DNA of 64,000 bases, taken from Cetorhinus maximus. Lineage: Eukaryota. The translations under genes were made by a program, and so were the position numbers. The stretch is from NCBI RefSeq assembly GCF_964194155.1, contig NC_135888.1, positions 15,128,001 to 15,192,000 of the forward strand, written 5' to 3'. Position 1 is the stretch's first letter. Each line of letters starts with the position of its first letter. Of the stretch, positions 12,089 to 24,959 are shown in pieces. A model generated the notes under the pieces. The model searched no databases, had not been told where the DNA came from, and saw only the letters and a list, made by a program, of their open reading frames with translations.

Positions 12089-12569
12089 GTAAGTAAGGAA
12101 TCTCCGGCGGGGGGGGAAGGACACATAGAAAATACTCCGAAAGACGGCTTGAATCGAGACCTTCGGCCAGAAGTTTCTAGATACCAGCTTGATGAGTCCA
12201 CCGTTTCAATCGGTTTTTTTTTTGAAACAAACAAACAACAAAAAAAAAAGGTTTTTGCCTCATTTTTTTTTTAAAAATAAAGCGTTTCCTTTTCATTTAC
12301 TGAGGTGGGAAATTATCACCGCCGAAGCTGGCAACAGGAGTCACCTTTGTGATCTGGTCACACTTAAACCACAGACTGTTTACAGCCACAGAAGGGAAGC
12401 CATTTAGCCCGTTCCTGTTTTTGTGCTGGCTTTCTGAAGGAGTGATTCACCTTGAGACAGACCTCCCCCCCCCCCCCCCCCCCGCGCACCCTCTTTTGTA
12501 GCCCTGCACATTCTTTCTTTTCAGATAATAGATAATAACCCAAATCCCTGTTGAATGATAAAAGCAAAA

Positions 12570-12688
12570 AAAAAAAACAACTGCGGATGCTGGAAATCCA
12601 AAATAAAAATACCTGGGAAAAAAACTCAGCAGGTCTGACAGCATCTGCGGAGAGGAGGAACACGGTTAACGTTTCGAGTCCGTATGAC
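12570..12688 (-). mobile_element. Penelope-like element terminal fragment
   Basis: aactcagcaggtctgacagcatctg...gttaacgtttcgagtcc matches the ends of the GIY-YIG-encoding copies at 31220 and 61808. Confidence 0.7.
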
Positions 12689-12919
12689 AACCTGCCTCCA
12701 CCAAACTTGGGCAGTGACATTCCAGAGCCTAATTATCTGTGCCCTCTTGTTTGTGATCTTTCCACCGATCAGGAGGTGTCAGCTGTGGCTCAGTTCATAG
12801 CACCCTCGCCTTTGAATCAGAGGGTTGTGGGTTCATGTCCCACTCCCGGAAACCAAGAACTGTGATTGTACTCGAAAGAGTTGCAATCTGTGACTGTTGA
12901 TAACTCGAAAGAGTTTCCA

Positions 12920-13230
12920 CCGATCAGAACAGTTTTTCCCTATCTACTCTGTTAAGACTCATGGTTTTGAATACTTTTATCAAATCTCCTCTCCAACTTC
13001 TCTCCTCCAAGGAAAACAGTCCCAACTTCTCCAATCTTTCTACGTAACTGAAGCTCCTCACCCCAGGAACCATTCTTGTGAATCTTTACTGCACTCCCTC
13101 TAATTCCTTTTCATCCTTCCTAAAGAGTGGCGTCCTGAACTGGGCACAATATTCCAGTTGAGGCTGAACTAACGTTATGTACAAGTTTAATATAATTTCC
13201 TTGCTTTTGTATCCCAGCCCTTAGTAATGA
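12920..13230 (-). mobile_element. CR1 LINE fragment
   Basis: degraded match to the 3' ORF2 region of the CR1 at 38626-41111. Confidence 0.6.
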
Positions 13231-13319
13231 AGCCTCCCAACATGTTTGAGCTGGGTTAATTGAGTAAAAATAAATCACCTTTCTTTTAAGGGGTCATGTC
13301 ATTCATGGTTTCGTTTCGG

Positions 13320-14935
13320 ATTGTCGTTAGCTGTCCCTCAAATTTGAGGATGATGCCTCAGGGTTGTAAGTTTCTGCCATGGGGTCTTCATGTAACTGAA
13401 CAGGTGAATTCTCGACCGCAGGTCTTTGAGCATGTGGGGTAGGATGTTCCATGAGGTATTGGGATCTGGAGTGCAGAATTTTCCCTTTCTTCTCTGCTGC
13501 CGCTTTGCCTTACTACGGAATTGTGACTAAAAGTGTGGTGCAGCTTGATGGACAGGTAGCAAGCTCCTCCCAGTCATTAATGTTAATGCTGCTGTGCTTC
13601 AAGGAGAGCTTCAGAATGTCTTTGAAGTGTTTTCTTTGCCCTCCTCTGGAATGGTAGCCATTTGAGAATTGAGAAAACAGGACCTGACCAGGGATATGCT
13701 TTTCGGCCATCCGGACACTGTCCAGTCCATCGTAGTTGATTTTGCAGGAGTTTTGCCTGAATGCTTTTGGAGCTGGCTTCAAGAAGGACATTAGCATTTG
13801 TTCAGTGGTGTTCCCGTTGAATCCAGAGGATGTGGTGGAGCTATTGCTGATGGAATTTCTGTAGCGTTTTTATGTGTCCCTGATTACAAGGTCCAGGTCT
13901 CACTGAGTGTAGTGATCACAACTGCTCTGTACACTAGGACTTCTGTTGATTTGCAGCGATCTTAGTTGTTGAACACTGTCGTAGTTTGTAGAAGGTTGAG
14001 CTGACACAACTGATCCAATGTTGGATGATCTCATCAATGATGGCCTTTTGAGACAGGTGGATGCCAAGGTATGGGAAGTGCTCAACATTTTCTCCTTCAA
14101 CATGTATAGGAGGTGGAATATTTGGATGACCAGGTGTGATTTGATGGGTTTTGTTTTGGCAATATTTGAGGACTGGCTGAGTTTCTTGGATGCAGAATAG
14201 AAGAGCTCAAGAGTGATTTGCAAATCTGCTGCAGAGTGGGCAATGACACTGCAATCATCTGCAAACTGTAGATCATCTATCTCTCTGGTGGTCAGTTTAG
14301 TTTTGGCATAGAGGTGACTGAGGTCAATGAGTTTTCCATCTAGACAGTATGTATTGCTGACACCAGTGGGCAGTTGATCTTTCAGGTGAACAGCCACTAT
14401 CAGATTTTAAATAGTATGGAGGCTATCACACAGCCTTGCCTGACCCAGGTTTGGAATTTGAAGGCATTTGTTTCAGATTTCCCACTCAATATTTGTAGTC
14501 ATAATCATCATGAAGCAATTTCAGGATTGTGATGAAGTTTCTTGGACATGGAGATCTTTGGAACACAATCCACAGAACCTTGTGATTTACTGAGAAATGC
14601 TTTCTTTAGGTCGATGAATGTAACAAAGAGTTCCTCCTGTTGTTGTTCTGAACATTTTACTTGGATTTGTCTGGCACAGATAAAGGGAAAGTCTAAAGCC
14701 ACATGATGTCTCTGAGAGGATTTCCTCAGCCACAGGAAGGAGGCAATTCTGGAGAATGCATGTCAGGATATTTCCTGTTATAGATAAGAGGGAAATACCT
14801 TACACAGCATGATTTATCTCCTTTCTTGAAGATAGTTACAATTGTCGCACTCCTGAAGTTGGGGTGGAGGGTGTGGTTGGGGAGATGGGACAGTTCTTTT
14901 TCCTCCCAAATCTGCAGAGGAAGATGATCAATGTC
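13320..14935 (-). mobile_element. RTE-clade LINE, RT domain to 3' end (degraded)
   Basis: ATIVTIFKKGDK, FVTFIDLKKAF, LQFADDC and C-terminal SRGGQRKHFKDILK motifs in minus-strand frames. Confidence 0.8.
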
Positions 14936-14939
14936 TCAG

Positions 14940-15655
14940 CCCTAAAGCAGCCCGACTGAAGAGAGGAATTCCAAGTGCAGCTCACAACCAATCTGGAAAA
15001 TCTTCACACATCCAACTCAATTCCAGAACAGTGGAATCAAATAAAGTCAGCTGTACTAGACTTCTCTGCCCAAACCATTGGGCTCAAGCACCTCGTCACC
15101 AGGTGGTTTGATGAAAATGATGCTGAAGTAGCTAACCTTTCTGGAACAAAAATGAGCAGCCCCCATTTGCCTGGCAGAACAGCTCAAGGTCACAAGTCAA
15201 GAAGACTACAGTCCAGCAGCTCATATCTGATACCCAAAGAAAAATCCAGAAGGTAAAGAACAGGTGGTGGGAAGAGAAAGCCTGAGAGATCCTACAATAC
15301 ACTGACCACCATAACATGCAAAGCACTTTTGAAGCCACCAGGGCCATCTAAGTTCAAATGGACAAAATCTCCTTTGCTCACAAACCCTCTTAAGTATGAC
15401 AATGCCATCCATCAACGGTGAAAAGAACATTTTCAACAACTCTTCAGCTTTGAATCCACAGTGGCAGCTAATACTCTCCAGGCTATCCCCTAGTACCCTG
15501 TAGGGGTGTCCATGGGTGAACCACCACCAATGGGAGAGTTGCAACAAGCAATCAAATGAATGAAAAACAACAAAGCCTGCCACCCTGATGGTATTCCAGC
15601 TGAGGACATTAAAACTGGTGGGTGTTTGCTCACATCAAGACTCCGTGCATGCATC
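14940..15655 (+). mobile_element. inverted 5' segment of the same RTE element
   Basis: WNQIKSA...RWFDENDAEV and KACHPDGIPAE (KAPGPDG-like) motifs on the + strand; these precede the RT motifs of the minus-strand piece. Confidence 0.7.
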
Positions 15656-16289
15656 CAGGTCCACATCACTGCTGTCGTTATAGCCGAAATGCTGCCCAAA
15701 TCCAAAGTTGGGCACTGACCCGCCACCCGAGTTGTTAGACATTGAGCTCTCTTTTTTAAAAAAAAAACAACTTGAATACCCGTTACTTGAAATAAACATC
15801 ACTTCATTGAATATGAACTAAGAACAGATTAATTTCTAATCGTGCTGAAAATAAGGCACTTGAATGCACAAATATAAATTTAGAAATGTTAGTTAAATAA
15901 AGTACAAGCATAAACTTACCATTTGGAAGTTAATATAAAATATATTTTACAAAGCCATTCAATTCCATCAGGTGAAAGAGAACTGATGCAATTAAATTTA
16001 GGTTTCTGACGGAATAGTCAGAACTTGTGCAATAAGGAAAACATTCAGGTTATCTTCCTTTTAACATTCTTACATCTGAAATTGATGCTTGAGGCCACAA
16101 ATTTTTCTAGATTGGAATATGTGATACTAATACTTGAACTCGGCACCCAGTTTTTTTTTATAACTTGTACCAAAGATGAGAGTTCCAGCTGTGAACTGAA
16201 TTAGTTTCATTAGGAAATTTAAGATGTGTCAATAGGCAGCTTGCAACATAGGAATTGACATGCTAATTAGAGACAAAAGCAAAGATAAA

Positions 16290-17050
16290 TGGATTTATAG
16301 AATGCTTTTGATATAAAAACATATCCTAAGGCACTTTGCAGAAGTGTAATTAAATCAACATTTGTACTGAGCCAAAGGAAATAATACTAGAGGTGATTAA
16401 AAGCTTGATCAAATAGGTAGGTTTTAAGGGAGGAAAGGGAGTTAGGGAGGAAATTTCAGAATTTAAGTTTGAGACAACTGAAAGTGCAGCTGCCAATGTT
16501 GGGGGCGAAGGAAGTGAGAGATTCACAAGGCCAGAGTTGGAGTATTGCAGAGTTCTTGGAGGGTTGTAGAGCTGGAGGAGGTTAGAGAGATAGGGAACAA
16601 GACCACAAAGGGATTGGCCATGGGGATGAGAATTTTAAATTGGAGGTGTTTGGAGAATGTGAGCCAATGTAGATTAGTGAGTAGGATTTTGTGCAGGATT
16701 GGATACAGACAGCAGAATTTTGGATGAGCTGAATTTCATGCAGCATTGAGGATGGAGGGCTAGCCAAGAAAACTGAATTAGTCAACTCTGAAAGCAACAG
16801 TGGCGTGCATGAGGTTTTCAGCAAAAGATAGGCTGAACTAGGATCAGAGCTTTGTGATGTTGCAGAGATATAACTAAGCAATCGTTGCGATGGAGAGAAT
16901 ATGGGGCCAGATGCTCGGCTCAACTTCATAAAGGTCACTGAAGTTCCAAACAACCTGGAGCAGTAGTGGATGGTGGGGGGTGGGTGTTGGAAACAATGGT
17001 GAGGGAACCATTTGTGGGGCGGGTGGGTGTCACAAAAACGATGATTTGTT
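16290..17050 (-). mobile_element. L2-clade LINE fragment
   Basis: ORF 16582..16953 HEIQLIQNSAVCI; similar to other L2 copies in the window. Confidence 0.6.
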
Positions 17051-17826
17051 CATTTGTTTTCTCTCAATTTCATGAAAGCTTTTTGCTGGAGTATGATTTA
17101 ACATCAAATGCCATGTCGTACTTTGCCCAGGTTGTAGTTAGTTATACATGAATCGTGCTGGCAGTCTGGGGGGGATGTGGGGGAGGGACGGGAACCACAG
17201 CTGAGCCCCTATCCTGTCTCTACCAATAATCCAATAACCTAGCTGATTTTCCTAATCCTAACCCAAGGATGCTAAGATTAGTGATAGGATGTCTTTTGCT
17301 GCCTCTTCACCCTGTTGAGATAGACTAACTCAAGCACAGATGAACGATCGAGTCTGGGGCATTTCTTAATCTGTTAGTTTACCAACTCATTGGATAAACT
17401 CATTGTGCTTTTTTTGGAGTAGAATTTATGGTCTATGGAAATAGTGTGATAAATGGCATGAAGTGTAGCAATATCATTAAGAGCCTGGAAGAACTTGGAT
17501 AAGTTTATATAGTGGATATGGTGCAGATATGTTCAGTATATGTTTTATTCTTGTCATTTTTTATATAACCCCTTCCTTGTAATGTACCAATCTCTACAGG
17601 GAAATGGATCCAAAACTGATGCATTTTAAAAAAAGCTGTCTTTTGATGGCTATTAAAATTAAATATCTCTGAAATAGTTTATGCAGTTTAATTTCCTGCT
17701 ATTTACCATTATTTTAAATCCACTTTGAAAAATATTCTATTATAACAATTTACAGGGAGAATTGTTTTCGCTGAATATCTCTGTAATTATATGCTTATTC
17801 AGTGTATGTGCTTTCATTTTCAACAG

Positions 17827-17845
17827 ATGATGGTCAGAAGACTGG
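17827..17845 (+). other. KYAT1: candidate 19-nt 5'UTR micro-exon of KYAT1
   Basis: ctttcattttcaacag|ATGATGGTCAGAAGACTGG|gtgagt; strong acceptor and donor. Confidence 0.45.
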
Positions 17846-19189
17846 GTGAGTTGTAAATAGCCCTAGTTACGGAGGAGACAGCAGATATGCTTAGGGCACC
17901 AACACACACTATCATAAGGAATAACAACTTGATCAGCAATATTTTTCACAGAAAAAAGGTGAATAGTTCTCTTTCTGCAATAACTTAGCCAAGAAGAATC
18001 CAGTCGCAGAAAAGGAAGATGTCTTTAGTAATGTCTTAAAAGCGCTTCAAATATAAATGAGGTGACTGTAACATAGTAAAATACTGCATCTGCTATGCAC
18101 TGTGTAGTTTCTCACAGCCAACAATGACTAATTTGTTTTTGGTGATGTTGATTGGAAGATTGTTGACCTGAAAATCGGCAGAAAATTCCCAGCTTTTCAT
18201 CATAGAGCCACCAGATCTTCCACTTGATCAAGCACGCAGAACCTCGGCTTAATGTTTCATCCAAAGGATGACATCCTTCAGTAACACTGCATTGTCATTC
18301 TTAGTAATGTGCTTAGCTTTTACAGTAGGCCTTGCTCTCTCTCTGCCTTATTGAAACTGATATGATTGTTCAGAAATTGTATTATTCAAGAATTATTCAA
18401 TTTAAGGCTATCTTTTGACAGAAAGGAGTATTTAAAATGATAAATCCGTAATCAGCATCCCAGACTGAAATAAAAGACAACAAAATATTGAAGATATGAA
18501 GGAGGTAATTTAGCATCAAAAGAGTAAAGATAGGTTATGATTTTTTTGTGTGTGAGCTCTTCAGTTTGATGGATGACTGCTGTAGTGAGCAGGCTGATTG
18601 ATAAGTTGTTTGAGGCCATTCAGATAGCGAAGTCATTTGTGTCAGTCCAATCAGTGGAAGAGAAGAAGAGGAACAGTTGTTGATGGTGAAGATTGATGAC
18701 ACTGAGAATCGTGATTTCATCAGAGGAGAATTCAATGATGAGGGACTCCATTTTGTTGGATAGCAAGTTGGAAATTCTAAAAAGTTATTAAGGATAGTTG
18801 AGTAGGTAGTGATAGTTGATGAACTCCTATCCATAGATACTGTATTTGAAATTGGGTGATTGTAGCAAGCCAGTGTTCATCAGAGGTATTAGAACAAATG
18901 AGTACAAGGTACTTTGTGTAAAATTAAAATGGTAGATTAACAACACAATATAAATGCAAACTGTCGTTAGTGAAGAAAAAATCTGAAGACACATCACAGA
19001 TTGAAGTGTGCACTGCTCCCTATTGACACCCAAAAACACCCTGACCGATTCCTTCCGTATTCTTCTTGCCAGGTGATGCTCCCTGTTTCTCAGCTCCAAC
19101 TGATGATACGTTATGCACTAACCGTTTCTTCCACTTCTCATTTCGTTATATCTTCGCTGATGCTCCTTCTGTCTACTACTTGTAAGCGC

Positions 19190-19640
19190 TAGTTCAGCTC
19201 AATGGTAGCACACTCACGTCCAGATCAGAAGGTTTTTGGTTCAAACCCCCCTGTCTAACTTGAAGACATAATTTAGGCTGGCGCTTCATAGTATTACTGT
19301 CGGAGAACTGCACTGTGGGGAGGTACAAACTTTTAGATGAGTCATTAAACTGAGATGTCATCTGCCTATTCAAGTGGATATAAAAGATTCTATGGCATTA
19401 TTCAGAAAAGAGATGAGTTTTCCCGATGCCCTAGTCAAAATGTATCCCTCAATCAACACCACCAGAAAGGATTAACCAGTTATTTGCCTCGTCGCTGTTT
19501 GTGGGGCCTTTCTTGTGCAAATTGGCTGCCATGTTTATCTACATAACAATAGTGGTGTAGTGACTATACTTCAGAAGTAATTTATTAACTATGAAGTACT
19601 TTGGAGACATGAAAGGCACTGTGTAAATACAAGTTTTTTG
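19190..19640 (+). mobile_element. tRNA-derived SINE (Deu/SacSINE-like)
   Basis: agctcaatggtagc...ggttcaaacc head; body shared with 45610-46040 and head with 12775-12860. Confidence 0.6.
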
Positions 19641-19849
19641 TTACTGACATTGTGAGCTTGTGAAGGTTTGGCCCAAGATTTGTCATACCTTTTACATATC
19701 CATTTTGTATCAGATATTCTGTAATTTGTAACCATCTGTTCCAACTGATGTGTGGATTGTTGCCTAGATCTGCTGTCTTCTGTAACAACGTTGCAAATAA
19801 ATCACCAACTGGACTAATTTGTCTATGCTGGTACTTATGCCTCACACCA

Positions 19850-20520
19850 GCTTCCTCCCATCTTACATCATTTCAGCCTATTAATATATCCTTCTATTCC
19901 TTTCTCCCTCATGTACTTAGCATGGATGCATTTAAGGGGAAGCTAGCTACTTGCATCAACTACTCCTTGTGGTGGCCAGCTCAACATTCTCTCACACTCT
20001 GGCAAAAAAAATTCACCCGAATTTCTTATTGGATTTATTAGTGACTATCTTAAACTTATGGTCCCAAGATTTAGATTCTCTATAAGTGCAAATATTTGTA
20101 TGCCAGCCATATTAAAGTCACTTCTCAATCATCTCTTATTTAGAGAAGAGAGCCTAGCCTGTTCAGACTTTCCTAATAGTTGTAATATCTCAGTTATATC
20201 ATCCTAATTAACCTTTTTAACACTTTTTCCAGTGCCAGAACTGTGCACGGTACTCCAACTGTGGTCTAACCAAGGTCCTATCAAAGTTTAACATAACTTC
20301 TACATTTGAATTTTGTTCCTTCAGAAATGAAGCCCAGTGTTTTGATTTCACATTTTTGACCTTGTTAACTTGAAATGCTATTTTAGTAATTTGTTAATGT
20401 GCACCACTAGATCCCTTTATGTCTTCATCGCATTTAAACTATTATTTTTCATTGAGTGGGTGACCTATACCTACAAAATGCAGGTACCTCCTCTCTCCTA
20501 GCTATATTGAACTGAATTTG
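19850..20520 (-). mobile_element. old CR1 LINE fragment
   Basis: ccagaactgtgcacggtactccaactgtggtctaaccaagg is the reverse of the LVRPQLEY...FW coding motif. Confidence 0.6.
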
Positions 20521-20753
20521 CTATTTACACAGCCATTCTACACCTGTATTAACTATATTCCAATTTGCTTGTGAAAGTTTGTTTCCTCTATAAGAGATCC
20601 AAACTTTTGTTTTAGAATAGCATCATGATCATATACAAGGGTTAACTTGATTTTTTTTGTTGTGGTTTTGTGTTTTTCATTTGAATTGCTTGATTTTGGT
20701 GTTTTTTGGCTATTGTAAATAAAACCTATTCTCTATACATTATTCAGGTAAAG

Positions 20754-20806
20754 ATGTCCCAGCAGATACATTCTCGGAGAATCGAAGGATTAGACAAGAA
20801 TATTTG
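20754..20806 (+). CDS. KYAT1: kynurenine aminotransferase 1, coding exon 1 (exon begins 20748)
   Basis: MSQQIHSRRIEGLDKNIW, compare human MAKQLQARRLDGIDYNPW; donor gtaaat, phase 2. Confidence 0.9.
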
Positions 20807-21081
20807 GTAAATTGATGTTTTGCTTATGGGGGTAATTTGCTGACTACAAAAAGACATTGAGGAACCTTGCCTGCTGCCAGATATCAGTGGATAGAATATC
20901 ATGGTGCAATACATTTTGCTGTGGCAGTAGTAAGATTCTTCACATTGTGCACTCTTAAGAATTGATAATGCAAAGCTGATATTATGAAAACCCATACAGT
21001 TTCATGATTCAGTATTTTTTTAGGATTGCTTCAAATTTGTTTTTCTTAAAGTTATAGATTATCTTTAAAAAAAAACTTAAC

Positions 21082-22351
21082 GGGCAAGAAATTGGGTTCG
21101 GTAGCATCCGTCCTTTGGCTGCTTAGAGATCCAGAGTAGCATTTATGGCATGTGCACACATACTTGTTATGCAAATCATGCTGGACACCATCTTCGTACA
21201 GGTGTCAGGGCGCACAATAAAAGTCTTTAGGAAATATGTATACAAGGCAGATTATGGCATCAGTCAGCATGCAATGCTGATTTGATGCTAGCGCTGCAAT
21301 GTTGCAGCTCAACGGTCCAGGGGATGCCCTCACTTAAGCTCGCATAGCTGAACATGCGTTAAACAGTAGAAAGGACATCTCCCATCCCTCCCACTGCCCC
21401 CGGGTGCTATTTAAAGGAATCATCAACAACTTACAGCTGAGCTGCTGGTTATTTTTTTCTGGCTGTTGCTACAATTCTTTTTTGGTGCTTTCCATCATTG
21501 TTTTAAGTTTTTAAAAGTCTACAGGGAGTGGGCTGACAAGTGCTGAAGTATGTTTTATTCACTTCAAGGCTCCTGCACAACTTGGTCCTCCTAGATATGC
21601 ATGCACTCAGTAGGCATTCCTCTTGGAATTGAGCATGGATAGGAGAATGCGAAGAGGCTATGCAGAGCAGGACAAGCTGGCCAGAAGGGGAGAAGGGCGC
21701 TTTGAAGGAGGCCATATCTGCCCAGTGTGTACAGACAGCAATTTTCCTATTTAACCCTCAGTAAGAAACAATATGAGACACTTGTGCTTTGCTAGAGCAA
21801 TCCTCTCTGACATCTGTCAACTTCTGCAGCCATAGCTCCAACCTTGAAGTGGGGAAAGGACTACATTGCCAGTGGCTGTGAAGGTGACTGTGGCGATGAG
21901 CTTTTAAATGTCTGACTCCTTCCAGGCTGGTGCAGGAGATATTAGCAACACCTCGCAATTTGCTGTTCACTCTTGCCAAAGGAGATTACTGAGGCTCTCT
22001 ATTCAAAGCAAGCTAATTTCATTTTCTCTTACCAGAGACATGCAGGTGGATTGAGAACCTTGGATTGCTCAGTTTGCATGCTTCCTTGTTATGCAGGGTA
22101 CATTGACTGCACACACATTGCTTTGTGGATTCTCAGCTCCTGCTCCATCCATAATGCACCGTCCCTTTAAGAGGTGAGGGTTAGTTTTAAGCAATACAGG
22201 CAGGCTTTAAGTAGTGCTAACAAGTACCAGTTTTGAGCTCTTTGCTGATGTGCTTAGCAAATCAATATTGTGATACTGTGCTACCAGCATTTCTTTTAGT
22301 GGGCACAGGTTAATCGTGCCCGTTTTTTACATGTTGCACAATTTAGCTCCC
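21082..22351 (+). mobile_element. PIF/Harbinger DNA transposon remnant
   Basis: YAGYIDCTHIAL in ORF 21973..22170 resembles the Harbinger transposase GAIDCTH motif; imperfect terminal inverted ends ggg....aaattg / caattt....ccc. Confidence 0.55.
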
Positions 22352-22428
22352 AGTATGTTTCAACTGTAGCTAAGGATGAATGGAGCGAGCCACAGCAGCT
22401 CATTTGGCCTTTGAGCTGGTGCAAAATG

Positions 22429-22753
22429 AGGGGAGATGGTGGCATAGTGGTAAGGTCACTGGGCTAGTAATCCAGAGGCCTACACTAATGCCCTGGGGAT
22501 ATGGGTTCAAATCCCACCATGGCAGCTGTTGTCAATTGTCGTAAAAACCCATTTGGTTCACTAGTGTCCTTTAGGGAAGGAAATCTGCTTATCTGGTCTT
22601 GCGTGTATTTGACTTCAGACACGTAGTAATGTGGTTGACCCTTAACTGCCCTGTGAAGGCCCTAGCAAGCCACTCAGTTCAAGGGCAATTCGGGATGGGC
22701 AGCAAATGCTAGCCTTGCCAGTGACACCCACATCCCATGACAGAATAAAAAAA
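22429..22753 (+). mobile_element. HE1-like SINE
   Basis: same head and tail as 6683-7028. Confidence 0.8.
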
Positions 22754-22942
22754 AGGAGAAAAATATGAGATTTGGTTTACTTCAGCCATTCCTGGACCTG
22801 TTGGCAGAATTGCCATAGTAGCCTGGTAGCTAATGACTTGCTCCCCTTTGTAGCAGGGTAGTTGTGCTGAGTAGTACCACAGAAAGGGTTGTGGAAGCAG
22901 CTAAAAAGATTTCTAATGTAAGTTTCTTTCCCATGTTTTCAG

Positions 22943-23084
22943 GATAGAGTTTACACAGCTTACTGCTGATCATCCAGTTGTCAACCTGGGGCAGGGATTT
23001 CCTGACTTCTCACCTCCGAATTTTGTAAAAGAAGCTTTCAAGAGGGCCATAAACAGTGACCTGAACCAGTACACCAGGGCTTTT
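22943..23084 (+). CDS. KYAT1: KYAT1 coding exon 2
   Basis: IEFTQLTADHPVVNLGQGFPDFSPP...NQYTRAF; ttttcag / gtgagt. Confidence 0.96.
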
Positions 23085-23834
23085 GTGAGTATTTATTTTG
23101 TTAGAGCAGTTTTATCATGCATTTCGAGATGAGCCATGTACCGTAACATTATAAAGAGATATTCTCAAAAGTTCGTTCACTCTGATGGAGTACTTTCAGC
23201 TAACACTCTGGTAAATGTTCATTCTGATAATGCAACTTGAGCAAGGTAAAGGAATGCTGAGTATCAGTTCTAACAATCCACTGATTTTTCATTGAGCCAG
23301 GTGATAATGAAAAATCTTTTGTGCAGACCTTTTCAGTCGTTGCTGATGAGGCATTCTTCCCTATGTTATCCGTGTTGAAATGGATATGGCTAGTGGCTAC
23401 AAGAACCCTGACAGATAGGATGATGATGAATTGAAAAGACATATACCTCCACCCACTTGTCTAATGGGTAAAGGCACCACTGTGGATAATATAGAGAAGA
23501 TACACAATCTATTTTGAGTATATCTGGTGGGTCATTAGAGTTGCCTCAGCACCTCTGAGCAAGAGATAGGAAGATCACCTAGTCTTCCTGCTTCTAATTG
23601 CTATCCTTATGATGGAAGGTGTTTGTGAAGCACATGTCAGAATAGAATCAGGCTTTGCAGTTCAATAAATTACCACCATTCACTGCTTAGATTCATAAAT
23701 GAAGGATGGTCACTTGGACAAGATGACAGAGAGTGGTCAGGACAGACAAGAGTCAGTACCTATAGGAAAGATGGAGAGAAAATTAAAAAAGAAGGGAAGA
23801 AAAGAGTCTAATATTTGAACTAGTCTTATCTTCT

Positions 23835-24650
23835 TGCTCTGTCAGCGTTACCCCTGGTGTTCCCCAAGAATCTCTTCTTGACCCCCTCCTATTTCTTATC
23901 TTCAGACTGTTCCTCAGCGACATCACCTGAAGGCACATCATTAGTTTTCACCAGCACGCTAAGGGCACCCAGCTCTACCTCACCACCACCTCTCTCGACT
24001 CCTCCACAGTTGCTAAATTATCAGACTGTTTATCCAACATAAATCCTGCAGTGTTTTTCTCCACTTAAATATTGGGAAGACTGAAGCCATTGTTTTCGGT
24101 CCCAGCTCCAAACTCTGTTCCTTAGCTACAAACTCCATCTCTCTCCCTGGCAATAGCCTGACAAGCCAGCCTGTTCACAGCCTTGGTGTCAGATTTCATC
24201 CCAAGATGAGCTTCTGACCTCATACTTGTGCTATCGCCCTTTTCTCTGCTCATCTGCTGCTGAAACCAACATTTGTGCATTCGACATCTCTAGACTCTAT
24301 TATTGGAATGCACTCCTGATAGGTCTCTCACATTTTACCCTTTGTAAACTTGAGGTCATCCAAAACTCTGCTGTCCGTGTCGTAACTTGCAGCAAGTCCC
24401 ATTCCTCTATCATCCTTCTGCTTGCTGACCTACATTGGCTCCCAGTCAAGCAACGTCTTGATTTTAAAATTCTCATCCTTGTTTTCAAATCCCTCCCTAT
24501 CCTATAAGCTCCTCCAGTCCCAAAACTCTTGAGTCCTCTAATTTTGACTTTTTGTGCATCCCAATTTTAATTGCTCCATCCTTGGTGCCTTCAGTTGCCT
24601 ACGACCCAGCCCTGGAATACTCTCCCTGCATCTCTCTACCTCTTCTTTCT
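23835..24650 (+). mobile_element. L2-clade LINE fragment
   Basis: ORF 24226..24507 SRLYYWNALLIG...IQNSAVR...LADLHWLPVKQRLDFKIL. Confidence 0.8.
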
Positions 24651-24959
24651 TTCCACAAAGAGAGTGTAATGCTTTAGCTAAAATATCTTATGGATAGATT
24701 CAGCTCAATGATAGGAAATCCTTCTGTTTCTTGTTGCAAACATCTTGGGCAAGGTTTCCTGATGGTATTAACACCAGAGATTAGGCCAAAGTCAGTATGG
24801 TGGAAATATCTTGATTTATTGCAGATGGTAAATGTTCATGTCAATAAATGTACATCAAAATTAAGCTTAACGTTATCAATTTTTGATTTAAAAAATTATG
24901 TAAATTTCCGGTGCAAATTGTAGATGCAAATGTATGATTCATTAAATCCCATCCTATAT

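Larger units (their letters stand above)
11490..12200. promoter_or_regulatory. CpG island, probable bidirectional promoter
   Basis: only clearly CpG-dense non-repeat segment in the window; ETS CGGAAGTG 11658-11665, CRE half-site CGTCAC 11667, reverse CCAAT CTGATTGG 11703-11710, GC box 11723-11728, E2F-like GCGCCAAAA 11736-11744, CHR TTTGAA 11745-11750; outward-facing splice donors on both sides. Confidence 0.8.

Noticed and set aside
11863-12096. Exon-1 ORF as a mitochondrial leader for KYAT1
   Set aside because: Starts at GTG; splicing from 12088 to 20748 is out of frame with the main ATG, and splicing from 12092 creates an immediate stop
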